64,000 bases of DNA from an uncultured delta proteobacterium. Its GTDB lineage: Bacteria > Desulfobacterota > Binatia > UBA9968. The stretch lies in the NCBI GenBank assembly GCA_963745835.1, contig CAVUZH010000003.1:416001-480000 (forward strand), given 5' to 3'. The translations under genes and the position numbers were made by a program. Shown piece by piece: positions 10,261 through 20,896 of this stretch. Numbering within the stretch: the first letter of the stretch is position 1; each line of letters opens with the position of its first letter. The notes under the pieces were generated by a model. It was not told where the DNA came from, ran no database searches, and saw nothing but the letters and a program-made list of their open reading frames with translations.

Positions 10261-11325
10261 TTACACCGCCGCGCTGGCCCGTTGCGTCGCCGCCAAATCT
10301 AGTCCGACAATAAACGCCGGGTTCACCGTGCACATGGTGTAGATCTCGTCCGCGCTGCAGCCGAATGCCGACATGTAGCCGCGCAGCAGCCGCAGCGATT
10401 CGACCGAGTTGGGGAACAGCGGCTCGCCGGCGTCCGACGACAACGTGCAGTGCTCGGGACCGATAGTCCGAATTGCTTTGTACATATTTGCCGGGTCGAT
10501 GCCGAGGAGCGGTGACAATTCATCGAAGGTGAAGTTTAACCACAGGCCGGCGGAGGCCGCATCTTTCATTTCCTCGATCGTCAGATTGACGAACGGGCTG
10601 AACGGATGGTCGACGACGCCTTTTTTGAAACCGATCTTTTGACTGAACTCGGCCATGGCTTTGAACTCCGGCTTGGTCGGATGGCCAAAGAAGATTGCCG
10701 CGCCGCGGTCATGAGCCATCCGGAAGATCTCTTCGATCTCGGGGAGGAGGCGGCGTCCCTTGTCATCGAGAAGGTAGTGCCCGTACTTCAACGCCTCGGG
10801 CCAGGAAAGCGGTTCGGTATGGGCCTTCGGATCGGCAGTTTTGTCCCATGCGCTGGGCTTGCCGCCGACGATGGAGAGCGTGTTGGCCGACGTATTGTTC
10901 GGCATCCACAGACCGACGACTCCTGCGTTGAGCATCTTGGCCGACCAGGCCGGCTCTATCTTTGAAAGAAATCCTTGCGTGACCGAGCTGCCGGGCCAGA
11001 CGTGCACGGGCGTAAAACCCTTCTCGGCGCACCAGGAGTCAAGCGCCGTCCGCACGCCAGCAACCGTCCCGGCAGGATCCTTCCGTCCCACGATCGTTTT
11101 GTACAGTATTCCTTTCATGGCGCTTTTCGAGGCGAGCTTGGCCACTCCGAGAGCGTCCTGCTGGCCTTCGTGAGCGTGACAGTGAATGTCGATAGAATCC
11201 TCGACGCCGATCACATGATCGAGCGAAGGATCCACGGGCCCTTGCTTGAAGCCGCGACGGGCGGGATACGAGGTAACTGAGCGAACCGAGCTCGGCGTGG
11301 CATAGTTTTGTTGGTTGTCGGCCAT
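10261..11325 (-). CDS. Amidohydrolase-superfamily protein (DUF6282-like)
   Basis: IDIHCH metal motif, GH and DHP His ligands, LSSDAG; GGAGGA RBS before MADNQQ. Confidence 0.7.
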   Translation of the reverse strand: MADNQQNYATPSSVRSVTSYPARRGFKQGPVDPSLDHVIGVEDSIDIHCHAHEGQQDALGVAKLASKSAMKGILYKTIVGRKDPAGTVAGVRTALDSWCAEKGFTPVHVWPGSSVTQGFLSKIEPAWSAKMLNAGVVGLWMPNNTSANTLSIVGGKPSAWDKTADPKAHTEPLSWPEALKYGHYLLDDKGRRLLPEIEEIFRMAHDRGAAIFFGHPTKPEFKAMAEFSQKIGFKKGVVDHPFSPFVNLTIEEMKDAASAGLWLNFTFDELSPLLGIDPANMYKAIRTIGPEHCTLSSDAGEPLFPNSVESLRLLRGYMSAFGCSADEIYTMCTVNPAFIVGLDLAATQRASAAV

Positions 11326-11405
11326 AGTCAATCCTCCATTCTCGAATTGATTGGACAATATCGCTTCGTAACCGGTCCAGCAAACGTTTTTATGATCATG
11401 AAAAA

Positions 11406-11448
11406 CCGTTCCGACGGTTCCAGTCGTTCAAAAGGTTCCGGATCGTTC
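11406..11448. repeat. Degenerate ~9-bp tandem repeat with GTTC core
   Basis: CGTTCCGAC-GGTTCCAGT-CGTTCAAAA-GGTTCCGGAT-CGTTC. Related tracts at 12456-12490, 18900-18930 and 28439-28487. Confidence 0.5.
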
Positions 11449-11536
11449 TCATCGGAGCGATTTTGGTGTGGATCATGTTTTCGACGCTATGGAAGTCTAT
11501 GTAGTTCGGGATGCAGTTTGCCACTGGGACCCTAGA

Positions 11537-12433
11537 CTATTTTTCAAATCCATGGAGCCGCGCCGGGTTGTCTATCAAAATCTTGCGCAGTAAAGATGTG
11601 TCACCATCGACGTAGCGGTAGAGAAGCTCGACTTCCTCCGCGTCGTTCATCATCCGCTTGCGCCACTGCGGATGCGGCCAATCGGTACCCCAGACGATGC
11701 GGTCAGGCGCCGCCTCGATAAATGCCTTGCCGTACGGAATCGCGTCGTCCCAGCCCGCATCCATCTTTGAATCGCGATTGCCGTTGGAAACCATCATCCA
11801 CCAATTCTCGTGCTTGAGCATATCGAGTACCCACCGGATAACCGGCCGTTCGAGCCCACCCTCGAATTCCACATGGCCGAAATGGTCGATCACCATCGGC
11901 ACGTCTTTGATCGAGCGTAACAGCTCCGAATTGTTAAGCAGATCCTCCCCGTGTACGTGCAGTCGCGCGTGCCAGCCGAGCTCGTGGATCCGGGCCATCG
12001 ATCTTCTTACTTCGGATTCCCGTTGATCGAGGGTAAGAAATCGCACGAAATTAAAACGCGCGCCACGCACACCCGCGGCGTGCAGTCGTGCCAGCTCGTT
12101 GTCCGAAACGCTGTTGTCAACAATGCCGATGCCGCGATAGCGTCCGGGATCATCAAGGCTTTCGAGCGCATTCAGCAGCAGGCGGTGATCGCTGCCGTAA
12201 ATCGCGCTATGGACGATGACGCCGCGGTCGAAGCCGATCGCCTTGTGCATCTTTTGGGCTTGCGCAAAGGTCGCGCTTTCAATCGGCGGATATGGCGGAT
12301 TGGCTCGCGGCGCAAACTTCGACGGTTCCTCGTAGATGTGAAATTGGCAGTCGCAGCTTCCGGGTGGCGGCTGCGGAACCGGCATGCGCGGATGTCTGTC
12401 CCATTCGTAAATTCTTTCTACGGCTGTTGCCAT
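11537..12433 (-). CDS. Amidohydrolase_2 family hydrolase (LigI / 2-pyrone-4,6-dicarboxylate lactonase-like)
   Basis: CDCQFHI, GVRGARFN, VIDHFG, WGTDWPH and ILIDNPARLHGF. Confidence 0.85.
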   Translation of the reverse strand: MATAVERIYEWDRHPRMPVPQPPPGSCDCQFHIYEEPSKFAPRANPPYPPIESATFAQAQKMHKAIGFDRGVIVHSAIYGSDHRLLLNALESLDDPGRYRGIGIVDNSVSDNELARLHAAGVRGARFNFVRFLTLDQRESEVRRSMARIHELGWHARLHVHGEDLLNNSELLRSIKDVPMVIDHFGHVEFEGGLERPVIRWVLDMLKHENWWMMVSNGNRDSKMDAGWDDAIPYGKAFIEAAPDRIVWGTDWPHPQWRKRMMNDAEEVELLYRYVDGDTSLLRKILIDNPARLHGFEK

Positions 12434-12490
12434 TTCGATTATTTCCCGGATCTGGCCTTGAGCTTTAGAACAGTTGAACCTTGAACAGTT

Positions 12491-13612
12491 CTATTCCCAG
12501 CCAGATCTGGCCAAGTGTTGCAATTTTTGTTTGTTTACTTCGATACCGAGACCGGCGGTCATGGGCGGACTTGCCTTGCCGCGAGTCACCAGGATCGGAC
12601 TGAAGATATCTTGCTCGCCAAGACGCATAAAGCCGGTCATCTCGCCGCCGGATTGCGCGTTTTTCAATGAGCTGTGAAGCTGCATTTCAGCGGCGGAAAG
12701 AATTGTCGTGCACGCGCTTCCCTGGCCGACGACCACCGGAAGCCCTTGCGCTCCGACGACCGCAGCCACTTCGAGCGCTTTTTGAAATCCGCCGATATGT
12801 GTGAGTTTGATCTTTAAGAGATCGGCTGCTCGCTCTTCCAACACCCTTAGCGCATCTCCGGCGCAGGTCACGCTTTCTTGAGCCGCGATCGGAATGCCAA
12901 CAGCGCGACGCAGTTCCGCCAGATTACTCAAGTCTCCGCGCGCCAATGGCTGCTCAACATCTGCGATGCGAAATTGCCTCAGTTCATTCAACACGGATCG
13001 GGCGTCGACGAAGGAATACGACCCATTGCCGTCGACTCGGATGGAGGCTTCATCACCGACCGCTTGGCGAACGGCGCGAACCCGTTCAATGTCATTGCGA
13101 TGATTTTGCTGGCCGATTTTTATTTTGAAGGTAACAAATCCTTGTCGTTTAAGTTCAGCCGCGCGCACACCGATGGCTTGCGGTTCAAGATCTATTCCTA
13201 ATCCACCGACTAGATCTATCTCCCGACGATAGGGTCCGCCGAAAAAGCGACAGAGCGGCAGCCGATAGAATTTACCCAATGCGTCATAAAGAGCCATCTC
13301 GATGGCGGCCTTTGTGATAGGGTGACCCTGGCGTGCACGATGAAGTTTCAGCAGGACAGCTCCGGTGTCTTCCAAATCCATCTTGATCAGCGCGGGCGCA
13401 AAATACTTTCGCGCCATGATCTCCATCGTTTCTAACGTCTCGTAAGTATTGCCGGGCCGCCCCTGCGTGGCTTCGCCCCAACCTTCGATGCCATTTTCCG
13501 TCTCAACGCGAACGATCAGCGAGCGGCAGTCCTCGAGGAACCCGGCGGCCCCGCCGTAAATTTCCTGGACCGGCAACACCAAAGGATAGGGGTCGATGGC
13601 AACGATCTTCAT
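12491..13612 (-). CDS. Mandelate racemase / muconate lactonizing enzyme family protein
   Basis: KIKIG catalytic motif, RVDGN, EQP, QES metal ligands, KIKLTHIGG. Confidence 0.9.
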   Translation of the reverse strand: MKIVAIDPYPLVLPVQEIYGGAAGFLEDCRSLIVRVETENGIEGWGEATQGRPGNTYETLETMEIMARKYFAPALIKMDLEDTGAVLLKLHRARQGHPITKAAIEMALYDALGKFYRLPLCRFFGGPYRREIDLVGGLGIDLEPQAIGVRAAELKRQGFVTFKIKIGQQNHRNDIERVRAVRQAVGDEASIRVDGNGSYSFVDARSVLNELRQFRIADVEQPLARGDLSNLAELRRAVGIPIAAQESVTCAGDALRVLEERAADLLKIKLTHIGGFQKALEVAAVVGAQGLPVVVGQGSACTTILSAAEMQLHSSLKNAQSGGEMTGFMRLGEQDIFSPILVTRGKASPPMTAGLGIEVNKQKLQHLARSGWE

Positions 13613-14976
13613 GGTTTTTGCCGCAGGAGATCACCGATGCGCGAGACATCATCGATCTTTTCTAATCGATCGACAGCCTCTACCAGGCCATCCAGCTGCC
13701 GCTCCGACAAGAGCCTGTGGGTTAGCTTTCTTGCTTTGTCTTCCACTTCCGAATGACTCAGAGGATTACGGGGCGTCCCTTTGAAGTGAATAACCAGACT
13801 CGAGTGACGCTGCTTGTTTGCGAGGCCAATGGTGACCCGCGCGGCGCGGTCCCATCCCTTTTGTTCGATCTCCGAGTCGGTTTCAAGACGAATCTTGCGC
13901 ATCATGGCAAGTATTTTTTTGTCCGTGAGCTTGTTCTCATCAAAGGACTCAGGGTCTGTGGGATCGAAATAGAGACTCAGGGCGACGCAGAAAGGAATGC
14001 TGTACTGCGCCATCATCAAATCTTTTGGCTCGTAGTTGGCGTGATGGGTCACCAACTTTTCGATTCCACCGACGACGATTTCCTGAATGTCGCCCGGTGC
14101 AAAACCAATTTTTCCGCGCAGCTTTTGCAAAGCTTCGATGGGTGCGTGAGCATTGATGTGGCAGGCGCAACGCTTGATGCAAATGTTGAGGCTTTCGAAC
14201 TTTGTGCCCAACCGATGGGTGAGATAGGGGAGATCAGGGGAATCAGAAAATGTTTGGCAAAATCCAAACTTTCCTTCGAGGACGCTTTCGGGGCCGGCGA
14301 ATCCGTCGCTCGCTAGAAGGGCGGCGGTGACGCCTCCTTCCGCTGCTTTTCCCAGGTGGAGCCGTTTGACCATGGCGCCCTCGCGGCAGCGGGAAAATTC
14401 GATCAGCCCACCGGAATACGAGCCGGCGATGCCCAGAGCGTTGACCATCTGTGATTGGTGAAGTCCAAGTAGCCGCCCCGCTGCCACTGCGCCGCCGAAC
14501 GTGCCGGTCAATCCGGGAGCATGAAACCCTCTTCTCTCAAGAGAGTTGCCTGCGGCAACGCCAATTCGAGAGACGACTTCGCATGCCGCTACGAAAGCGG
14601 TCAGCAACGCTTTGCCGTTGGTCTTTTTCTCTTCCGCCATGGCAAAGGCAGGAAGAAAAGCCGTTGCCCCGGGATGGACGCCCGAGCCCGGCTGGCGCAC
14701 ATTGTCGAGCTCAAATGCATGGGCCATGACGCCGTTGGCGAGTGTTGCCTGTGCCGCTTGTGCTTTCCAATTCCCTCCGAAAACGGTAGAGCGACCTCGA
14801 GCGCCAGTCTCTCGAACCAATTTGCTCACTGTCTGGCTCCATGGCTTGGTCGATCCGTACACCGAAACCGCGAGTGTATCTAAAATACAAGCTTTGACCC
14901 GATCGATGACCTCGGCGGGAATCTCTCGGTAATTTAGCTCGACGGCAAAGCGCGCCAGGCGCTGGGTGGCGTTCAT
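13609..14976 (-). CDS. MmgE/PrpD family protein
   Basis: NGVMAHAFELD, HPG, RGFH, KRLHLG, KRCACH, AQYSIPF; overlaps the downstream gene by 4 bp. Confidence 0.9.
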   Translation of the reverse strand: MNATQRLARFAVELNYREIPAEVIDRVKACILDTLAVSVYGSTKPWSQTVSKLVRETGARGRSTVFGGNWKAQAAQATLANGVMAHAFELDNVRQPGSGVHPGATAFLPAFAMAEEKKTNGKALLTAFVAACEVVSRIGVAAGNSLERRGFHAPGLTGTFGGAVAAGRLLGLHQSQMVNALGIAGSYSGGLIEFSRCREGAMVKRLHLGKAAEGGVTAALLASDGFAGPESVLEGKFGFCQTFSDSPDLPYLTHRLGTKFESLNICIKRCACHINAHAPIEALQKLRGKIGFAPGDIQEIVVGGIEKLVTHHANYEPKDLMMAQYSIPFCVALSLYFDPTDPESFDENKLTDKKILAMMRKIRLETDSEIEQKGWDRAARVTIGLANKQRHSSLVIHFKGTPRNPLSHSEVEDKARKLTHRLLSERQLDGLVEAVDRLEKIDDVSRIGDLLRQKP

Positions 14977-14984
14977 AGATTATG

Positions 14985-15968
14985 TTAACGCACGACCTTG
15001 GCGCCGGCCTCTTTGAGCACGTCGCGCATCAGCGCCGTCAAATCGTCGAAAAATTTGCTGAGCGGCGGTCCCTTAAGATAGCCTTCTTCGAATTGATTTT
15101 GTTCAACGTATTGCTTCCAACCGGCGGATTGGGCGAAGCGATCGAAAACGCCCTCCCAGTATTGCACCACTTCCTTGGACGCCGCCGGCGGGGCAAGCAC
15201 GCCGCGCGCCTGGGGAATGATCGTGACATCGATCCCCTGCTCCTTGATCGTCGGCACGTTCGGCATCGAAGGCAGCCGCTTTTCGGTGAGCGCAGCGATC
15301 ACGCGCAAATTTCCCGCGCGAATCTGTTCGCCCGCCTCCTGCGGCTCGATCACCATCATTTGCACGTGGCCGCCGAGGAGATTAGAAAGCCGCTCGCCGC
15401 CACTGGGAAAAGAAATATACGTCCACTGGGTGCCGGTGGCCTTTTGGATCAACAGGCGCATGAGATTGTCCCGCCCGGTTACCGAGCCGCCGGACTGGCG
15501 CAGTTGGTTCGGGTTCTTCTTTGCCGCCTCGATGAAGTCCTTCATGTTTTTGTAAGGCGAATCCGCTTTGACCGCGACCACCGCGGGCTCCAACATCAGC
15601 CGGACGATCGGCGTCAAATCTTTCACGGTGACCGTCGCCTCGGTAGTCGTCAGTGGATTTGTCACCCACACCCCGGTGAAAAAACCGATGGTGTGCGGGT
15701 CGCCCTTTTTTTCTGCGAGATAGGACATGGCGACCGCGCTGCCGCCGCCCGACTTGTTGACCACCTGCATACGCTGCGAGATCAGCTTTTCTTTTTGCAG
15801 CATTTCGGCGATCGCGCGCGCCAGCAGATCCGAGCCGCCGCCCGGACCAGTGTGAACAACCGCCTCTATCTGTCGGCTCGGTTTGAATTCTTGACTCCAG
15901 GCAAGATTGGAGAATACGGCCCCAATGGCAGCGACAATCATAGGCAAAAACATCGCCTCATATTTCAT
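14985..15968 (-). CDS. tctC: Tripartite tricarboxylate transporter substrate-binding protein TctC
   Basis: Signal peptide; GPGGGSDLLAR, VVNKSGGGS, PTIKEQG; syntenic with tctA and tctB. Confidence 0.9.
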   Translation of the reverse strand: MKYEAMFLPMIVAAIGAVFSNLAWSQEFKPSRQIEAVVHTGPGGGSDLLARAIAEMLQKEKLISQRMQVVNKSGGGSAVAMSYLAEKKGDPHTIGFFTGVWVTNPLTTTEATVTVKDLTPIVRLMLEPAVVAVKADSPYKNMKDFIEAAKKNPNQLRQSGGSVTGRDNLMRLLIQKATGTQWTYISFPSGGERLSNLLGGHVQMMVIEPQEAGEQIRAGNLRVIAALTEKRLPSMPNVPTIKEQGIDVTIIPQARGVLAPPAASKEVVQYWEGVFDRFAQSAGWKQYVEQNQFEEGYLKGPPLSKFFDDLTALMRDVLKEAGAKVVR

Positions 15969-16143
15969 CTCTCATCCCTCCCTCATTTCGATCGACAATC
16001 TCGCTGCATGCTGCTCAATAACAACTCAGCTACAAACCGCGCGAGTTGCAATGATGAAAGCGCAAATCTGAAAGCGGAACTCAGTTTTCAGCTTTCATAA
16101 TTCATCTGTTCGTTTTCAGCAGCCTGCTGCGGACCTATCACCT

Positions 16144-17655
16144 TCAGCCTTCCTGCTCAACGGCCTGAATTCTCCAAGACCGAACTTTGCGGATCGCAGG
16201 TAAACACAAGAGTCCCACTGCAATGAGCAGTAAGGTTCCGGAGATCGGTCGATTGATCAGGATCGCGATATCTCCCTGTGACATCATCAAAGATTGACGC
16301 AGTGCTCTTTCGAGAGCATCACCCAACACCATTCCCAAGATCAGCGCCGCGGCAGGGAAATCAAGCTTGCGCATGAGATATCCAAGCAGGCCGAACAGGC
16401 CCATCATCCAAACATCAAAAACACTGCTGTTGACGCTGTAAACGCCAACCACGGAGATCCCCAAAATGAGCGGATAAAGAATAAAATAGGGGAGGCGCAA
16501 GATCTGAGCGAAAAGCGGCACCAAAGGAATATTAAGGATTAGAAGCAAGACATTGCCGATGTACATGCTCGCGACCAATCCCCAAAAAAGTTCCGGGTGC
16601 TCTTGGATGAGGAGCGGTCCGGGCTTATACCCCCAGAGAATGAGGCCACCCAAGAGGATGGCTGTGGTGTTGCCTCCGGGTATTCCCAGGGTCAGTAGAG
16701 GAACCAGTGCGCCACTGGCGTCGGCATTGTTCGCCCCCTCGGGCGCCGCTACTCCTTCAATTACGCCGGTACCGAATTTTTCCGGATGCCGCGAGAACGC
16801 TTTTTCAATGCCGTAAGACAAAAATGATGCAACCGTGGCGCCGGCACCCGGGAGAGCGCCGACAAAGAAACCGACAAGGGAACCATTCAAGAAAGCAAAG
16901 CGGCAGTCTTTGAGATCTTGCAACGTCGGCAAAAGGTTTCTCAATCCCTTTGAAATTTTGAAGAGCTCAGCGCCGCCCCGGGACTCGAGATTGACCAGGA
17001 CCTCGCCGATAGCGAAGATTCCCACAGTCGCGGCGACGAAATCGACGCCGCCAAGTAGTTTCACCTGGCCGAAAGTAAATCTCGATTCAGCGGTAAAAAG
17101 ATCGGTGCCGATGGTAGCGACCCACAGGCCCACCAGCATTGCCAGGAGAGCCTTGATCATCGACTTGCCCGCCAAGAAAACTACCATCGCGAGGCCCAAA
17201 ACCATCAAGCCGAAATATTCCGGCGGAGCAAAGCGCAATGCAAAACGGGCCAACGGCGGCGCAATTAGCATCAATCCCAATATGCCTATGGTGCCGGCGA
17301 CGAATGACGCGACCGCAGAAATCCCTAACGCTGCTCCTGCCCTGCCTTGGCGCGCCAACTGGTAGCCATCCAGACAGGTGACCACCGACGATGATTCTCC
17401 CGGAATGTTGAGAAGGATGGAAGTTGTCGAGCCGCCGTAGCGCGCGCCGTAAAAGATTCCCGCCAGTGCGATAATTGCCGTGGTGTGATCCATCTTGAGC
17501 GTCAAGGGAAGCAGCATCGCGATGGTCGCTGCCGGGCCCAAGCCCGGTAACACGCCCACTACCGTACCTAGAATCACCCCGATCAGACACCAGAAGAGAT
17601 TGATCGGCGTCAGGGCTACGGAAAAGCCGAGCAGGAGATTTTCTAAAGCACCCAT
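16144..17655 (-). CDS. tctA: Tripartite tricarboxylate transporter permease TctA
   Basis: GVLPGLG, YGGSTTSILLNIPGE, GVAAPEGANNA, PLLTLGIPG. Confidence 0.95.
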   Translation of the reverse strand: MGALENLLLGFSVALTPINLFWCLIGVILGTVVGVLPGLGPAATIAMLLPLTLKMDHTTAIIALAGIFYGARYGGSTTSILLNIPGESSSVVTCLDGYQLARQGRAGAALGISAVASFVAGTIGILGLMLIAPPLARFALRFAPPEYFGLMVLGLAMVVFLAGKSMIKALLAMLVGLWVATIGTDLFTAESRFTFGQVKLLGGVDFVAATVGIFAIGEVLVNLESRGGAELFKISKGLRNLLPTLQDLKDCRFAFLNGSLVGFFVGALPGAGATVASFLSYGIEKAFSRHPEKFGTGVIEGVAAPEGANNADASGALVPLLTLGIPGGNTTAILLGGLILWGYKPGPLLIQEHPELFWGLVASMYIGNVLLLILNIPLVPLFAQILRLPYFILYPLILGISVVGVYSVNSSVFDVWMMGLFGLLGYLMRKLDFPAAALILGMVLGDALERALRQSLMMSQGDIAILINRPISGTLLLIAVGLLCLPAIRKVRSWRIQAVEQEG

Positions 17656-17676
17656 ACTTTAGTGCTGGCTTCCTGG

Positions 17677-18138
17677 TCAAAATCCCCAGCGACCGACGGG
17701 TAAAGAAACATCAAGCGCCATGACAAAGAGGAAATGGAATCCCACGGCGAGACCGATGGCTACGCCGGCTGAGAGCAAAAGAGGGCGACGGTCTAAAGCG
17801 ACGATGAGAAACATGGTAAGAAAAACGAAACTAGCACTAAAACCGATCCAACCGAGAAGAGCGATAGCCACCATCAGACCAAACCAGCCGGCCAAAGCCC
17901 TGCCGCTGGCTTGCCAGGATGAGGAGTCACTCGGGGATTCTTTTTTCAAAACCGAAACGGACGAGAGCATCAGATAACTGGCAAAAATCATCAACCCGAT
18001 ACCAAGCCACAGCGGGAAAAAGCCGGGGCCCGGACCAACCTCAGAGACATAGGGCAGTTTGGACGCCACAGAGATCACATAGAGTCCAAAAGCCGCCAGA
18101 CAGGCTCCAGAGATGAGATTTCCTTTATTTTTTTTCAC
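17677..18138 (-). CDS. tctB: Tripartite tricarboxylate transporter small subunit TctB
   Basis: GPGPGFFP motif, 4-5 TM segments, C-terminal LDVSLP; directly upstream of tctA. Confidence 0.9.
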   Translation of the reverse strand: MKKNKGNLISGACLAAFGLYVISVASKLPYVSEVGPGPGFFPLWLGIGLMIFASYLMLSSVSVLKKESPSDSSSWQASGRALAGWFGLMVAIALLGWIGFSASFVFLTMFLIVALDRRPLLLSAGVAIGLAVGFHFLFVMALDVSLPVGRWGF

Positions 18139-18386
18139 AGAACGGCTTCGGTGTTCAAAGGCATTGAATTTTCCTTAGGTTAGCGGCTGGCATCTGAGCT
18201 GAGGTAATTAGCAGTTGCAGAACATCTGTTGCAAACTGCTCGAGGAGTTTCAGAGGTAGGGTGTGGACCGTGATCATTCCGTGAGACGTGACCGTAAAAC
18301 GTGCATAAGCACGACCACGTCAGACGAACACGAATTCGAGCCAGTCGATTGAGCGCAGCGATGTGTCAAGACCTTTCGGTGGCCTA

Positions 18387-18779
18387 TTAGGATTTTGGCG
18401 GTGCCTGTTTATATCTCGCCTTGGGCACGATCTCAGCGACTGTCCCGCCAGGAGCGCGAAACTTGATGGGGATCACTCCTGGATCGCTGATCAATTCGCA
18501 GCCGAACTTCTCCAGGTCAGCAGCCGATTGCTTGATATCGTCGACCTCGATCGCAAAATGATGGATGCACGGTCCGAGCCCTGAAGCGCGTGCCTCGGCC
18601 GAGTCTTCGTTGTCGTACTTGATCAGGGCGAGATCGATTGCACCGTCGGTTAAATGGCGTGACGTGTGATCTCTCACCTGGCCTGTTTCTACTTCGACGA
18701 AGCCAAAACTCTTTTCGTAGAACTGTGTTGCCTTTTCCAGATCGTCGACTTTAAGCGCGATGTGAACGATTCGAGCCAT
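18387..18779 (-). CDS. VOC (glyoxalase) family protein
   Basis: IVHIALKVDDL, IHHFAIEVDD, PGGTVAEIV; GAGGAGG RBS. Confidence 0.9.
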   Translation of the reverse strand: MARIVHIALKVDDLEKATQFYEKSFGFVEVETGQVRDHTSRHLTDGAIDLALIKYDNEDSAEARASGLGPCIHHFAIEVDDIKQSAADLEKFGCELISDPGVIPIKFRAPGGTVAEIVPKARYKQAPPKS

Positions 18780-18934
18780 GATTCCTCCTCTGTGGTCGTC
18801 CGACCTCTAACACGGCAGGGATAGGTGATTCAACATTTCACCTTAGCGACAATCACGCAGGCCCTGCGCGGGTGCGATTTATAATCTGACGTTAAACTCT
18901 GAACCGTTGAAGCTTGAACGGTTTGACCGACCAA

Positions 18935-19918
18935 TCACCGTCTAGCTTTCTCAGCAAACCTCCAGTCATGGACCCGTTGAGCCTGAGCTCCGCTTTTCTC
19001 CTTTTCCTTGGCTCTAAACGTTCCGACGGCTATCCATTCCTCTACCACGGAGTTCGGGACGCTGAGCTCGGGATTATACTGCTCGCGATACAGCGCATAG
19101 AATTTTTCTGCAGCGCTACGGTCTAATTTCAGGGTCTTCTCCATCAGCCCGATGCCGATCTCGCGTTCGCTTTGGATGAACAAAGTTGACGCCCTAAGCG
19201 CTCTTAACACCCGGACAATTTCATCCGGCTGTTTGTCGATTTTTCTTTGCGAGGTGCTGATTCCGGTAATCGGTATCTTTACGAGCTCGGCCATCTCGCT
19301 GACCGAGACCAGCGTCTTGAATCCTTTCTGCTCGGCAAAGTATTCAAACGGGCTGCCGACAACTGTGGCATCGACCGCCCGGCTAATCAGCGCGGCGAAT
19401 CGGGCGTCGGGAGTTCCGCTGATAGTCTGCAACGTCACATCCTTGTCGGGATCCAGACCGCTTCGGCTCAACGCCGTATAGATTGCAAAATCGGCTGAGC
19501 TACCGAATGAATTGATCGCGATTCTTTTGCCTTTGAGCCCTTTCAGGCTACTAATCTCCGGGCTCGAGATAATCGCGTAGCCGCTCGATTTCGCCCCCGA
19601 CGCAACTATCTTCACCGGAAGTCCGCGGACCGCGGCTCCGGCAATAAAAGGCAGGATCGTGACATAATCGATTTCATCCGCCATCAGAGCGCTGAGCATC
19701 AGGGTCGTTCCTCGCATGGTAATCAGCCTGACATTGAGCCCTTCCTTTTCGAAGAACTTCCTGTCGACCGCCACCTGATAAGGGAGCGAGCTCCAGTTAG
19801 ACCCACCGGTCCAACCGATATTGATCGGTTTGCTTTCTGCGCTTGCCGCATCGGTAGCAAATCCAAATACCAGGAGAGATGACACGACGAGTACACTAAC
19901 AAGAACCTTGGAGTTCAT
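18935..19918 (-). CDS. ABC transporter substrate-binding protein, NMT1/SsuA-like
   Basis: Signal peptide after MNSKV; FFEKEGLNV and LKGKRIAINSFGSS. Confidence 0.85.
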   Translation of the reverse strand: MNSKVLVSVLVVSSLLVFGFATDAASAESKPINIGWTGGSNWSSLPYQVAVDRKFFEKEGLNVRLITMRGTTLMLSALMADEIDYVTILPFIAGAAVRGLPVKIVASGAKSSGYAIISSPEISSLKGLKGKRIAINSFGSSADFAIYTALSRSGLDPDKDVTLQTISGTPDARFAALISRAVDATVVGSPFEYFAEQKGFKTLVSVSEMAELVKIPITGISTSQRKIDKQPDEIVRVLRALRASTLFIQSEREIGIGLMEKTLKLDRSAAEKFYALYREQYNPELSVPNSVVEEWIAVGTFRAKEKEKSGAQAQRVHDWRFAEKARR

Positions 19919-20516
19919 TGGTCTTCCTTCCATCGAAGTCTCAACAGCAGCAGTGCTCGAGTCAAACCGCTTGATTGGGACATTCCAAACCGCGCTAGCG
20001 ATCAAGAATGCGTAACAACGATAAGATGGAGCTCATGACTGAAACTCTCTGCTGCAAAACCTTATAGAAGAGAAGCTATTTCGCAGTCAATGAAGAACAT
20101 CGACATCTTCGTGGGCATATCTATGATCCTGCTCCAGAGACAGAGGCCATTCTTCTGGAACTCGAAAGATCGGCGCAGCTCGATCTCATAAGAGGCATTC
20201 CCCTAGGCGGGATTGAGCCAGTCACCATCCCGGTCTGGCTCGCGCTCGGAGAGAGTCCCAATTGCTGCGCGGGCAGCTTCATTCGTACGCCGGGGGTTGA
20301 AGCGGCCGAAACCGCGCCCGGCAGCCGACAGAAGTGATCCGATGCAGGCGAGGATCATGTCGGCACTGCCATAAGGCGTATAACGATGAACGAGGTTTAC
20401 CGCTGGCTTCTGTGCAAGCAATTACACTAGCCCGCCGGTCGATTGCTTGAGTCCTAGACGTTGGTGCAATGTCGTGAATCAACAAGGCTCTCGCAGGCGA
20501 GCCCTCAATGGGATAG

Positions 20517-20870
20517 CTAGCGTCGCCATTCGAGGGCGGTTTCGAGCTCTTGCAACTGGACTGGTTTTTCCAAATATAGAGCGCCCAAAGAGTTGGCTTT
20601 ACTTTTAATCTCTTCGGAGCCGCGGCCCGTAATCAGGATCGCTTTTATTCTACGGGTAATTGTCTTCAGAGCATCCAACACGTCGATACCGTTTAGCTTT
20701 CCGGACAGATTCAAATCGCTTATCACAACATCGAAGTGCATTGTCGACAACAACTCGAGGGCTGCCTCGCCGTTTTCCGCCTCGTGAACCTCGTACCCTG
20801 ACAGTCTAAGAAAATTCGCAATACTGCGGCGCGATACAGCATCGTCTTCGACGAAGAGGATGACAGCCAT
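20517..20870 (-). CDS. Single-domain response regulator (REC)
   Basis: ILFVEDD, phosphoacceptor VISDL, ITG, YLEKP; GAGGAG RBS. Confidence 0.9.
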   Translation of the reverse strand: MAVILFVEDDAVSRRSIANFLRLSGYEVHEAENGEAALELLSTMHFDVVISDLNLSGKLNGIDVLDALKTITRRIKAILITGRGSEEIKSKANSLGALYLEKPVQLQELETALEWRR

Positions 20871-20896
20871 GGATGCAACTCCTCGGTAGAGGCAAA

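Noticed and set aside
11406-11448. LexA boxes (GTTC-N7-GTTC or GAAC-N4-GTTC) in the GTTC tracts
   Set aside because: Spacing is mostly N5, most of the tracts sit at gene 3' ends, and none is found upstream of uvsE.
14982-16100. Long antisense ORFs (e.g. 14982..16100 +, 42948..43724 -, 61694..62494 -, 62600..63769 -)
   Set aside because: They are shadows of well-supported genes on the opposite strand in GC-rich DNA and have no recognisable motifs.
18268-18340. CGTGA/CACG-rich intergenic tract
   Set aside because: Only loose symmetry and a single occurrence in the window, which is insufficient to call an element.
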